64,000 nucleotides of DNA, taken from NCBI GenBank assembly GCA_010093815.1, contig ML996571.1. One strand, written 5' to 3'. Below the pieces are notes generated by a model that was not told the DNA's origin, ran no database searches, and was given only the letters and a program-made list of their open reading frames with translations. The position numbers and the translations under genes were made by a program. The DNA comes from Pseudovirgaria hyperparasitica. Lineage: Eukaryota. Below are positions 37,320 to 49,617 of this stretch, piece by piece (position 1 is the stretch's first letter; each line of letters begins with the position of its first letter).

Positions 37320-38409
37320 ACTCGGTGTATTGTTGGCGATAGGCGTGGTGGTGTGGTGACCAAAGACAGATGTAGCTCGTGTTCGCTATTCTGACGTAAC
37401 ACGATGTACGCAGGGTAGTCAATGTCTCAGGATCTTCTGTGACGTTCAGCCTCGTCCACAACCTTATATTGCTCCAGCTGAGGCTTACCTCCGTTGCGGC
37501 TCCTACTATCGTACCTTGCAGCGTGCGCCGGGGAGAAATCGGAACTGAAAATCAGGTTAAGTCCCTAAATTCCAGGCTTGAATATTGAGCGGCTTTAGCA
37601 AAGATGCTGGAAGCCGATCAACGAAGGGGCGTGGAATCGCAGACCTATCGGGCTTGGATTAATAATAGAAGCTTCTGACATGTATAATAGACAGCGCGGG
37701 GCAGCAAGCATGTATAAGCAGAAGGATCAATAAGCTAGGTCTCTTCACAATACAATGACCAGGATAGTCACTACCTCGATTGTTGGGACGTAGCAGCCTT
37801 GTATGATGGTTGAAACCAAAGTAATACATGGCCTTCTCAATGAGAATGACCGGGCGCCTATTTATCGCATCCCAAATCATAGGAGCGCCTTTGGTGTAAT
37901 TATCTTGGTGAAAAGCAATTGGCTATCTGACAGGGCTGCGGCGTAGAAGTGAACGTGAATGTAATGCACGAATCGGCGTTCGACTTACTAGCTACTTACT
38001 TGTTGGGCTTGTTGCGATGACGTTAAAGCGGCCTGTGAAACTATATGTACAACGGTACGAGTCGTGACTGCCTTGATTTCTGAGCCCTACGGGTCGTGTC
38101 TCTTACCAAAGTGCATATAAGCTACGAACCGTGTTTTGGGGATGTGGCTGCAGGCGTGTGATCAGTGACTGTAGGCAGGAATGATGGTATATGAGCGCCA
38201 ATGGCGTGTCAAAGGAAAGTAGTTTAATGTTTTAATCTTGATAAGGAGGGTATCGCTTATATGTAGTGTTGTTTGCTGAGCAGCACAACTTGGTGTACGA
38301 AACCTAAAATGAGTAGATGAGAAACGCCCGCTGCTATGCTCCAGTACCAAACTCCAAATTTCAAGTACAGCGGCGAGATGCGAAGTATTATCGCTACCGA
38401 AAAGGCTAC

Positions 38410-39207
38410 TCATAGTGCTGTGCCGCGCTCGAAACTTTCCCGTATGTCGGCCGTATACTTGTTGTAGAACCGTGCCAGTTTCTCGTTGAATTGCTTATTT
38501 TTCTGGTTAATGTATGTGACGTCGCCGCCTTCTTCTTCCAGACCTCGGTCACGTCGCTTCCTCATCCGAATCTCTTCAGCCTTCTTCAGATCGCTGACGA
38601 GACGGTCCACAGCCGCTTTGTCGGGCTTGTTCTTGGTGAAGTCACCGAGTGAGTCCGCTGTCGAGAACAGGTTACCTTCATTGTCAACGGCAACTAACTC
38701 GCCGTCCTCGGCTTCGATAATTTCGAGCTCGCCTTTCTGCGCAGCCTCTTGTATTTTATCAGCCTTTTCTTTCTTGTATGCCTGAAGATCTGGAGCGTCC
38801 ATCTCGCGCAATTGTCGCTTGTACACCTTGCGCGCATCTTGTCTGTAGTCTTGAAATGCTACGTCTCCTTTGTGCCGTGCCTTCTTATCCATACGTCTGT
38901 CCCACTTCTCGCTCTCCTCGACAGTCCAGTCCCACGCTCTCTTGCGCTCAAAATCTTCGCCCGAGGCCTCAGTGTCAGCCTTCAGGAGCTTATGTGAGGC
39001 GTTTTCGCGCTGCCGCTGAAGCTTAGTGAGCATCTCGTGATCTGTGGCCATCTTTTTCGCTTCCATAGTAGAAGCCTTCATATTATCCTTCCTGCTCTGT
39101 GCTTGTCGCGCTTTCAAAGCTTTGAATCTGGCCATGCGGTCGGCCGCAGAATCGCGTGTGTTTCCATCATTCGTTTCGATCTGGGGTATTGGGGTTTCCT
39201 CAGCCAT
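38410..39207 (-). CDS. SYF2: Pre-mRNA splicing factor Syf2, intronless
   Basis: FERKRAWDWTVEESEKWD; DVTYINQKNKQFNEKLARFYNKYTADIRESFERGTAL. Confidence 0.96.
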   Translation of the reverse strand: MAEETPIPQIETNDGNTRDSAADRMARFKALKARQAQSRKDNMKASTMEAKKMATDHEMLTKLQRQRENASHKLLKADTEASGEDFERKRAWDWTVEESEKWDRRMDKKARHKGDVAFQDYRQDARKVYKRQLREMDAPDLQAYKKEKADKIQEAAQKGELEIIEAEDGELVAVDNEGNLFSTADSLGDFTKNKPDKAAVDRLVSDLKKAEEIRMRKRRDRGLEEEGGDVTYINQKNKQFNEKLARFYNKYTADIRESFERGTAL

Positions 39208-39483
39208 GGGGATGTTATGCGTGCTAGGTGTGGCCAGCAATGTGGTTTCTTGAGTTTTATGGTTATCTGTGCGTCGGGACTAGAAGTAATCATGTAGATC
39301 TAGCATGTCTCCAGGGCTATGGATAGTTCACAGGGTAAGACCGAGATAATCCCGGCAAGCCCTCATGCCTCCATTCTAAGGCAGACATTAATAGTGGTAG
39401 AGTGTGAGATTCTCTGTATTCTACACGTTAAATAGGTTTTTCATTCAAATGATTCTGACAGAAAAGTATTTCGGCGCTGGAAT

Positions 39484-40473
39484 TCAGATTTTGACTACCA
39501 CTCTTCCCCTGGCGCGGCCAGAATGTGCCCTGTCGAATGCCTCCTGATACTGATCCAATTGCCAAGCACTATCAATATGTACGTGCAACCTGCCATCGTC
39601 GAACAATTTGGCTATCGATTCCAGCTGGTGACCGAGGCTACTCAGGATGAAGAACATCGCTTTGGCTCCCGATGGAAGGCTCTCGGGCTCCTTGAAGCCT
39701 GGAACGATGCTGATCAAGGCGCCATTTTCCTTCAAGCCAGCCACAGCGTCGCAGAGGGTCTCTCCTGTATGATCCGCAGCACAGTTAAGGATCACATCAA
39801 ATTTCTTTGATTCCTCACCATTAACCCATTTTGTAATTGAGTACTTGTGATAGTCGATGACCTCGTCGGTCCCAAGACTAAAAACGAAGTCCTTGTTAGC
39901 AGGTCCACAAGTGCCCACGACAGTTGCACCCGTCAGCTTCGCGAACTGTACTGCAAACACACCGACACCACCAGACGCAGCTGTTATCAAGACCCTTTTA
40001 CCCATATTGGGCTTAGCAAGAATGTCCGTGACATGTGGTTCACTCATGCCTCCGTGAGTGAATAAGCCTTGATAAGCTGTTAGTGAAGATGTCGGTACAG
40101 CTGCAGCTTCAGTCCAGGTGAGTGACTTTGGTTTTAGGGCGATTGCACTGTGGTTTATATGTGCTAGCTGGCAGGCGGCTCCCTCGCCATAAGCATCGGT
40201 ATGACCGTAAACTTGATCACCAACTTTGAACTTCGAGCCCGGAACATTGGTGAGGATGGTGCCCGTCATGTCGTAGATTGGTATATGCTCCTCAGGCCAA
40301 TTTGTGAATGGGGCCCAACCAAGTTCTCCATTGGTTATTGCCGCTGCCTGTACCTGGATCAGATGTTCATTTTCCGGTGGCTGAGGCGCTGGAATCGTGT
40401 TCATCGAAAGCAACCCACTCTTGGTATTGAGTATTACTGCCCTGACGATCTTTGGGATGACTGGGTCCGCCAT
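39484..40473 (-). CDS. Zinc-independent medium-chain dehydrogenase/reductase (quinone oxidoreductase-like), intronless
   Basis: AAAVPTSSLTAYQGL, VLITAASGGVGVFAVQFAK, GRARGRVVV. Confidence 0.92.
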   Translation of the reverse strand: MADPVIPKIVRAVILNTKSGLLSMNTIPAPQPPENEHLIQVQAAAITNGELGWAPFTNWPEEHIPIYDMTGTILTNVPGSKFKVGDQVYGHTDAYGEGAACQLAHINHSAIALKPKSLTWTEAAAVPTSSLTAYQGLFTHGGMSEPHVTDILAKPNMGKRVLITAASGGVGVFAVQFAKLTGATVVGTCGPANKDFVFSLGTDEVIDYHKYSITKWVNGEESKKFDVILNCAADHTGETLCDAVAGLKENGALISIVPGFKEPESLPSGAKAMFFILSSLGHQLESIAKLFDDGRLHVHIDSAWQLDQYQEAFDRAHSGRARGRVVVKI

Positions 40474-42201
40474 AGCGCATGTTATTCAATGAGTGGGGAT
40501 GTTGGATCTGTTTGAGACTTGCAATATATGATATGTTGCTGGCAACAGCTGAGCTTTATATACAATCGAATGGTCGATACTGCTTTGTGACACTCTTAGC
40601 AGAACATTTTGGTTCAAGAAAGAGCATTGTTGGCAAGCGACTCGAGTACATTCGCCTAGGTCAGGTCGTTCGCGGCATAGATCATTTCATGGTACATTCT
40701 TTCTAGGTTGCAGTATGCAGAATGTTGAGTCATCACCTTCCATTCGTCCCGTTAAATGCAGCTTATGAGGTCGCCGCGATAACTTCCAGGTTTGAACATA
40801 GCGCCGTGTCGCACAATGAGACAACACACGGAGAAGCGAGGGTGCCCGTCTGAAAGCCTGATGATACATCAAGATGAGGTGGGAATGGCTTGATATGATG
40901 CAGCTTGGCTATATCGATTTATAGACATCTCCTCGGGCAACCCATCTAGGTTCCGAGTTTGCCAGTGCTTGGAACCGCTTAGTAAGATTTCAATTTCTCC
41001 TCCAACTTACGTTCTCGTACTAGCATCGTAGTTAGCGCTCACTGAGCATCCAAAACATTGTCTATTAAAGTGCATTCCTTCGATTCGCGGCAAGGAAAGC
41101 TACTCTAGCACTCGTTACGGTCATGACGGTAGTCAACCCGCCAGTGCTTGATAGTGGCAATGAAGCACATATTAGTCAGCTACCTGCTGTACCTTGACGC
41201 CTATAATAAGCCTCGTTCCGCTGAGATAGGGATACGGTCCCGAAGACGATCACAACCACATCACGATAATCACATGTACATACAACCCCAACTCCAAGAC
41301 TGACTAGGCTCTCCACACAATGTTCTCGTTCGCGAACGTCCGACCAATTCCCTTTTCCGACGGGGTTCCACAGCACTCGGATCCTGAAGCGGCTTACGAG
41401 GGTCCATCCGTGGGTTGGTTGATACAGAATCATGAATTGGCGCACCAGGTGATCGCATGTCATCCAGACTTACAGTAGGGCGTGCTCGACGACTCTGAGC
41501 TTGCGCTCCTTAAGGCTTACGCGCAGGATCCGAGTGAGTCATGCGAGCTAAAGAAAAACAACAATAGAGGTTTGGTTGCGCATGCGATCGAAAACAAAGC
41601 TTTTGATGAGACCAAATGAAGAATGAGATGGGGCGCAAACTGCCATTGGTACCAAAGACGGAGGGCGTGGAGGGTAGTCCATAGCGTGGTGCGACTGAGG
41701 TGTGCATTGAATAACCATCCATGGCTTATTCATGAATGAAGAATTTGGGTCGCTCCAGTCTCGTGCGCTTTGAGACTCAGCACTCCAGATAAGCTATCGA
41801 GATTTGAGGAATTAGGACATATGCCACGAAGTTTCATCCAACAATTCACTGTCAAGCGCGCGCGTGCCTAAGTCGACCGGTGTAATGTTAAAACTTCTGC
41901 TTTCACTCTACCGGACAAGTAGTCAGTCACAGCACTGTGCCAGACCGACAGTGCGCAACTGCTACCATGGTTCTCTCCATACATCCATTGACTCAACGGT
42001 AATACACTTTCTTATAGCCAAAGTGATTATAAAGTTAGTAGCTAGGCCAAAGTCTCACTGTGTGTCCGAGAGGGGTGGGCACTAATTACCTTCCCCGCAA
42101 ACCGGCATGGATGGATCCATTTGATCTTAGCTCAAAACTACAATGACTTAACAGCTGTCCATCGAGGAATGTCTTCATTTGCAGACTACAGCAGACAAAC
42201 A

Positions 42202-43482
42202 ATGTCGTACAACAAGGTTCCCGTCACCTGTAAGCTCGACCTCAAGCCTTTCAAGGCCCACCACTCTGAGCAGCAATTGGAGGACTTTAAGACGCTGCTT
42301 AGACTCACACCCATTGCTCCTGAGACCCATGAGAACACTACCCGACTCGATGGTCACTATGGGTTGTCCCGGGAATGGGCAATTCGCATGAAAGATGTCT
42401 GGCTGAACAAGTACGACTGGCGCAAAACCGAAGATCACATCAATTCTTTCAATAACTACACCACCCAGATCAAAGGCAAAGATGGCAAGGAATATACAAC
42501 TCATTTTGTTGCCATGTTCTCGGACAGCCCAGACGCTGTACCCGTCGCTCTCGTGCACGGCTGGCCTGGTAGCTTTCTTGAGTTTCTCCACTATCTCAAC
42601 CACGTGAAGAGCAGATATACATCTCAGGATTTGCCATACCACTTTATCGTTCCATCGATGACTGGATATGCTTACTCCAGTGGGCCCTCGATTACTACAG
42701 AATGGACAACTAACGATATTGCCTACGTGATCAACGAGCTCATGACTGGTCTCGGATTCGGAAGTGGCTATATATCTCACGGTGGCGATATCGGCAGCTT
42801 CGTCTCACGTATCCTCGCGGCTAAGTATGACAACTGCAAAGCCATCCACCTGAATTTCTGTATCACTGGTGGTGAACCCAAGGATGTTAAAAACGAAGAA
42901 ATTACCCCTCAAGAATGGGAAGGGATGAAGCGGCTTGCGGACTTTGGCACCTACGGAAACGCATATGCAAAGGAACACGGCACCAAAGGCGGTACAATTG
43001 GTCTTATCCTGGCATCCAATCCGTTGGCACTATTGTGCTGGATTGGAGAAAAATATATTGCCTGGACGGATGAGACGCCAAAAGATGAGGATATTCTGGA
43101 CTCAGTCATGCTATACTGGGTAACGGAGACATTTCCGCGGTGCATCTACCCCTACATCGACTTCTTTGGGCGCGGCAACGAGTCGACTGTCTTTCACGGA
43201 CATCCTGACTATTACGTGAAGAAGCCTATTGGATATTCGTATTTCCCGTTTGAATTAGGTCCTGTGCCTCTTGCCTGGGCAAAAACTACAGGCAATATTG
43301 TATTTCATCGTGCCCATAAGTCAGTAAGTGCATATTTTTCTACATCTCTCTGCAAAGAGGCACAAAAGCTTACGACAGTATAGGGTGGTCACTTTGCAGC
43401 ACTTGAAAAGCCAAAGGAACTATTCGAGGACCAAGAAGAGTTCATCAAGGGTTTGAACTGGAGCACTCTTGTAAGCAAATAG
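42202..43482 (+). CDS. Microsomal-type epoxide hydrolase (EHN + alpha/beta hydrolase); intron 43324-43383; alternative ATG 42169
   Basis: YDWR, HGWPGSFLEF, HGGDIGS (nucleophile Asp), last exon GGHFAALEKP. Confidence 0.94.
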
Positions 43483-43599
43483 ATGTCTCGTCGAGCACTT
43501 GGTACAAGGAATTACCAGGATGAAGCGCAAGTATCAGACCCCAAATCGATGGATGTAGAGGGTGAACTTAAACATCTTCACGTCACCAATGATCGTGTA

Positions 43600-44402
43600 T
43601 ATCATCGAAAATTACATCATCGCTTTGACGGAAGCAAGGTGCCGGGCTCCATATCCAACTGTGTTTTTCTTATCAGACATCTGCAGCTGTCCAGCATTTC
43701 GATTGACCAAGATCTCCTCTGCTCCCTAACCCTATCTTAGTCTCTCAGCAGTCCCCACCGGTATCCATATATTCTGCTTACCTTAAATAAGTTTTGCTGG
43801 TGAGCTCTTTCTCAAGGTCGCAATATCTCCCTTGCATCTGCTCCATAGTCCTGGGATTAATGCCGCACAACTGCCTCACGAAATGCGCTCTCCAGCCCTC
43901 TCTCAATCATGACTCCTTCGACATTCCTGTAGTTCTGTTCCCCAACTATCATAGCTAGCATTACGAATGTAGCGTTCTAGAGATCCCTCGGACGTCATGT
44001 CCGGCGGTATCTTGAAGTGCCCTAGGTCCTCTGAAATCACCTTCAAGAGCTGCTGCCCGGATGGCTGAATGGCAACAACATTAATTGAATACAGACTTGC
44101 ATACTTGCACTGATAGGATATCAGCGCAAGACTATCTGTGTGGTAGTATTGTTGTCCTATGACTAGGAGCGTTTCGGAAGCTCTTTTGCATCAAATTTCC
44201 CAATCGTCTTGACCTGTCTCCTCTTCCCAAACAGCGTGAAAAGGGGTATCGATCTCATAAGCTTGAAACATGTCTGATCGGAACTCTGCTGCAAAGTTAT
44301 GTTGCATCCCAAGCCTGACTCGTTTCTAACTTAAATGCTGGTTGACTTTTGAGAGAACCTAGAAGTCTTCGCACTCTTTGACTTAGAACCTTCGAATCTC
44401 AT
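43600..44402 (-). pseudogene. Possible decayed orphan gene
   Basis: Protein-like minus-strand stretches (MQHNFAAEF..DDWEI*CKRASETLL..; LREGWRAHFVRQLCG..KTYL) broken by stops and frameshifts, followed by a GTAAGC donor. Confidence 0.3.
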
Positions 44403-44470
44403 CTCCGACTTGCTATCCTCTTAGCTCCCATTCTATAAAATAGGTGGTGTTATAGAGGTTCGTTAAAGAA

Positions 44471-44551
44471 TCGGGTGATATAGAAGGAAATCGGGTGGAG
44501 ATCGGGTATAAATCGGGCTCAGATCGGGTACGGGTCGGGTACAAATCGGGT
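44471..44551. repeat. 11-bp-period TCGGG tandem array
   Basis: TCGGG at 44491, 44502, 44513, 44524, 44535, 44546, plus one at 44471. Confidence 0.9.
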
Positions 44552-45422
44552 AAAAATAAGCCACCTCTGAACTGAACTTTTCGTTGGGCCCTAGAACCTG
44601 CCTGAATGTTTACCTTTCTAGACCAAATTGCAATTTACATGATACATCCTGGCGTATGCGGGGTAAGATCCTCGAATCATTGGCCGGCGAGGATGTCGTA
44701 CCCTCATCCGTGGGCCGTGGCTGAAGATAAGCCGCTTATTTTCCGATTCATCGATCTCGGATGAGTAAGTTCTTAATCGATTGAGTGTACAATTGAAGCT
44801 GTAAAGTATCTTGAAAGACTGAGTCTGTCATGTGAATTTACTTTCTCTTGTCCACTCTCTTTGAGCTAACCTAAGGACGCGTCCATTTTCTACAAATCCT
44901 GTACATATTACGCCTACTTCACTATCAGCTAACCTATCTCATTTGTTAGGTAACATATTATTAGTAAACAATTAGGATACCTTAGTAGATATGTTTGACA
45001 GCTGCAATAAAGAACAGATACGCCTCATTGTCGAGTCAGTCAGTCCGTCGCCCTGCACTTTGATTCGATGCTAGGGGGCGTCCCTCGGAGACGTGCCGCC
45101 GGAGAATAGCTCAGGTATCTCTGATACCCGCTATATGAACTGAGATACTCCAGATCCCTTCAAAGGGACTCCATCTCCGGACGGAAAGATGTTAACTTGC
45201 CACGGAGTGCATAGAGCGGATGCCAGTCTTGTATCGTCGACAGATATACCAGAGCTTATCTATTCCCCAGCAACGACCCCTAACCCCCGACCTCAGCTGC
45301 CAGCCTTGCAGCTCGTGGATTTGTTCTGTAGATCGACTCTACATAACTACGAGAGCCGCTGAGTCGAGCTTCATATGTTTTTCTAAGATAGCAGACCTTG
45401 TCACGAGTAATCGCCCGCCATC

Positions 45423-47061
45423 ATGCCCGAGAAAACTGATCTGGAGATGGCCGTAAGGATGTCAGACGAGCTACCTCTAGACCTTGAACAGCTTAGCGAA
45501 AAGTCTGGCTACATACTTGATGAAGAGGTGCTACGACAAACACATAGCATCAGTCCAGATGTAGAAATCAAGAAATCGTCGAATGGACTAGTCCTGATTC
45601 CACAACCGACAGACTCACCACGGGATCCGCTCAACTGGCCAAGACAGAAAAAGATGACAATTTTATTCATGCTTGGATGTTGCGCATTCACTGCGGACTA
45701 TTCAGCAGCTACGGGAGCTTCAGCGTTAATTCCACAGGCCGAAGAATGGAATATCACGCCTGATACTGTTAATCATGCGACCGCTGGGAATACATTCATG
45801 CTTGGTACGTTAGCATTTGCGATTAATGTACACGCAGCTAACCTACATACTAAAAGGTGCTGGTGGTGTGGTCGCCGTATGGCTCAGCTACTACCTGGGA
45901 CGTGTCCCCGTGCTACTTTACTTCTCTTTACTTTCAGCTGCCACGGCGGTATGGTCGGCGAATGCTCAAAGTTTCGAGTCCTACATGGCTTCTAGAATCC
46001 TCAATGGCTTTTTCGCTGTTGCAGCAGCAGCAGGTGGTCTCATGATCATCAATGACATTTTTTACTTTCATGAGCGGGCTAGGATGATCAATCTCTGGTC
46101 AACGATGCTCATCCTGTCCCCTTTCCTCGGGCCATGCTTCATGGCGGCCATTGTTGACACGCACAGCTGGAGAGACGGTATGTGGCTTAACTTTGCAATC
46201 ATCTCAGGAACCCTAGTGGCAGTAGTTCTAATCGGCGACGAGTCCTACTATCCTCGCTCTGTCCCCATACACAGCATTCCAAACATTCAAGGAGACTCCC
46301 GATATATGCGACTATTAGGTGTCAGCCAAGTACGCACCAGGTACACGTCAACATCTCTCATGGGCGCAGCTATTCGCCCTATGAGAACGATCTTGAAACC
46401 ACCAGTGATCATAATCTGCTTGTATTACTTCTTTGACTTCGGTTGGACCATCGCAAACAACACCACTATCTCTGTTTTTGCAATTCCAGGCTACAACCTA
46501 CGCCCCAGCGGTCTGGCAGCGCTCTACGTCGCGCCAATAGTCGGCGCCATCATCGGTATGGCATCTGGCCATTTCCTCTTTGATATCACTGGCAAGCTAT
46601 ATGCGAAGCGTAATGGTGGACGCCTCGAGCCCGAGTCTCGCCTGTTGCCTCTTTGGCTTGTCCTGCCGACTAAGATTATTGGATACAACCTCATCGGCTC
46701 TGCTCTAGAGCATCGCTGGAATATCTATGTGCTTGCCGTGGGTTGGGGTCTGCATAATTTCTCAACGATCTTCACCACGTCTGCAGTGTCAGCGTATGTC
46801 GCGGATGCGTATCCAGCCGTATCCGGGGAGTCGGCTGCGTGGCTAAATTTTGCACGAGCACTCGGTGGGTTTATCGTTGGGTATGTGCAGATCTCGTGGG
46901 CGGAGAGTTCAGGAACTCAAGTGGAGTATGGTATTCAGAGCGCGATAATGGGAGCTGCCTTTGTGTTTTTTGTCGTTCCGTTGCAGATCTGGGGGAGGAC
47001 ATTGAGGCATAGGTTCGGACCGGTGAAGCTGGAGCATGAAGTGCACAGGCAAAATAATTGA
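45423..47061 (+). CDS. MFS transporter (DHA1/Hol1-like); intron 45805-45856
   Basis: LIPQPTDSPRDPLNWP, DIFYFHERAR, EPESRL, YVADAYP; about 12 hydrophobic segments. Confidence 0.93.
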
Positions 47062-48153
47062 ATATACAAAGAGCGAAGGATCGAGCCATATCTAAAACAT
47101 TCATTGTGTTTAAAGTATCGAGAAAGCTGGATTCAGATCAAAGCAATTGCGTAGAATATGTTGGCATTACAAGACACGCATTATGTGAGCATCATAACTG
47201 CTTCAGGTAACAACATGTGTGACATTCCAGCTCTTGATGCTCATCGCTACTCATACCCAAGAAGTGGATGGACTTTTGTGTGGCCTTCATCTACAATCGA
47301 ACAACCATGCTAATCAATCCACTCACTGATACCCGTAAATCACTGGATAGGCGTCCACAAAAGAAAGGTTGTTTATGCACGTAGTTCCTTGCAGCCATAA
47401 CGCTACTTGATCACACGAGATTGTCGTCATCATATTAGCATGGAGAACCTAATGGCCTGGTCCACAAAACATCCACACCTTCGATTCAGCACCGATGACA
47501 AAGCTGAGAGTGAACATGTCGAGATTCTGACCTCCCTTTACACTTCGATTTCGGTGCCTTATTCCGCCTTAATCGCGAATATAATAGATCAAATTGTGTC
47601 GACCTCTTACATATACGACCCTGGCGGACAGGAAGGGTTGGAATTGAACAGCATATCTTCAAGTAACGAGTTTATCTCTCAGCACTTATTGTATCCTTAG
47701 CGTTCTACACGCACCAGAACCAAATAATCATACACACACGATAGGGTGCGAACATTGGACCACAATGGGTAAGTAGGTGACACAAAAATTTTAATGAATG
47801 TATCAGTATAGCATTGCCACATCCACCGATATGAGGGGATTCTAATTTGGGCTCTGATACACCCGAAAGAAGGTCAAATGCTTACATATAAGTGACTCGA
47901 GTTATGTCTGATTTACATATAATACTGGGGAGATTACACGAGGATTAGGTATCTACTGATGAAAGGACTCACCGAGTAGGAAATGATGTTCACGGACTTT
48001 TGTCACACTCCACTATTGCTAAACATAACATGCAGCATCTTGATTGGTCGTTAGCAAAATGCACTTCGGACGTCCGCCGTGACATCCACTCCTTAACCTC
48101 CAAAGCATAACTCGCGATGGACTCCACGGATCTTCTTTCGTCCTTCAGCTACG

Positions 48154-49106
48154 ATGTCGAACTGTCTTCCGTCTCCTTTCATTACTCTCGCTGGGATCCA
48201 CAACCTGCGACCTCTACCCACCCTTGAATTACCCCACCACCCCGCCTCGTCGCGCTCAAACCCAATCACTCTCAAGCCAAGTACAATATGGCGTTCTGCA
48301 GAGCCTTACAAGGCCGATCCCGAGGAGTTAAAGAAGCTGGGTATCAAGTATGTGTTTGACCTGCGCAGCAAGCCAGAGTTCGATATGGCCGAGCATGGCC
48401 TAGGATGGGCTGCGCATCCCGCTGAGGGTATTGAACGGATCTGGGTTCCAATTTTCGAGGATGAGGGCTACAACCCAGAGAGATTGGCGGAGAGATTCAT
48501 GAAGTACATGAGCGAGGGCAAAAAGGTACACCTGGCCCATCATGCACTTACCAGTCCGATGCAGCACGCACCTGTAACAAAGCCTCACTAATACTTCATT
48601 ACACTCAGGGCTTTCCCCAAGCATATCTCGAATTCCTCCTTGCGGCCGGACCTGCATATGCGAGGATATTCTCACAGCTTGCCTCCGACTCATCGACTGG
48701 CATCCTCGTGCACTGCACTGCGGGCAAAGACCGTACGGGTGTCTTCGTTGCGCTGCTTCTCTCACTTCTCGGCGCGACCGATGATGCCATTGCTGATGAA
48801 TATGCGCTCACTGATATCGGCCTCGCAGAGCTGCGCCCGGGCTATGAGGCGACGATCTGGAAGAATCTGCAAGCGCGAAATCCGGAACTTGTGAAAGAAA
48901 AGGGACCGGAGAAGGCGCTGGAAGGCGTGCGGAGGAGTACTGGGTCGCAGAGGGAGAATATGTTATGGACGTTGGAACTGTTGAAGGAGCGGTGGGAGAG
49001 TGCGGAGGGGTGGCTGAGGAAGGAGTGTGGGTTTTCAGGTGAGCAAATCATGGCTTTGAGGGAGGGTCTAACAATGGATGGAGATGCGAAGGCAAGTTTG
49101 CTTTAA
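48154..49106 (+). CDS. Cys-based tyrosine/serine protein phosphatase (IphP/PtpB-like); intron 48526-48608
   Basis: IHNLR, IWRSA, VFDLRS, P-loop VHCTAGKDRTG, IADEYALT. Confidence 0.92.
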
Positions 49107-49617
49107 AGTGGAAAGGCCGATTTGATATAAATACATGCGCCCAAGTGTATATACCTTGTAGGAGTACATTAATGCGGACTTTACTGCAACAAGGCCTGGT
49201 TTTGCATCTCCCATTCCATATTTCCGAGTCCGAGAGACCATACATTGTTTAACATAGTGTGACGTTGTGCTCTGCTTCACTTGTACGATACAATGCACGT
49301 GAAATGGGAAATTATCGTAGCTCAAATGCACATCAATTCTTGCAGAAATGGTGCATAAAACGTCGTTGATATTCGGTCAGACGGCTGAATGGTTCCAAGA
49401 AACATTCACCAAGTCTTTCGAGAAGAAAGCGGGATTCAGATATCAAAGGGGCGGAACGTCAGGGATTCAGACCTCCTCCTACATATGCTATTGTTTGGAC
49501 CTTCGATTTCCGTTTCCCAAATATTGCATTTAGATGTTTCGGCGTTGCTTATCAACTACCCTTAGTCACACAAATATTACTAGTCTGCCCATCTCCATAT
49601 ACAACAAACAATATATA

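Noticed and set aside
47160..48100. Possible DUF1537 kinase remnant between MFS and phosphatase
   Set aside because: No DDDPTG-like or other kinase motif seen; only a weak 97-aa ORF
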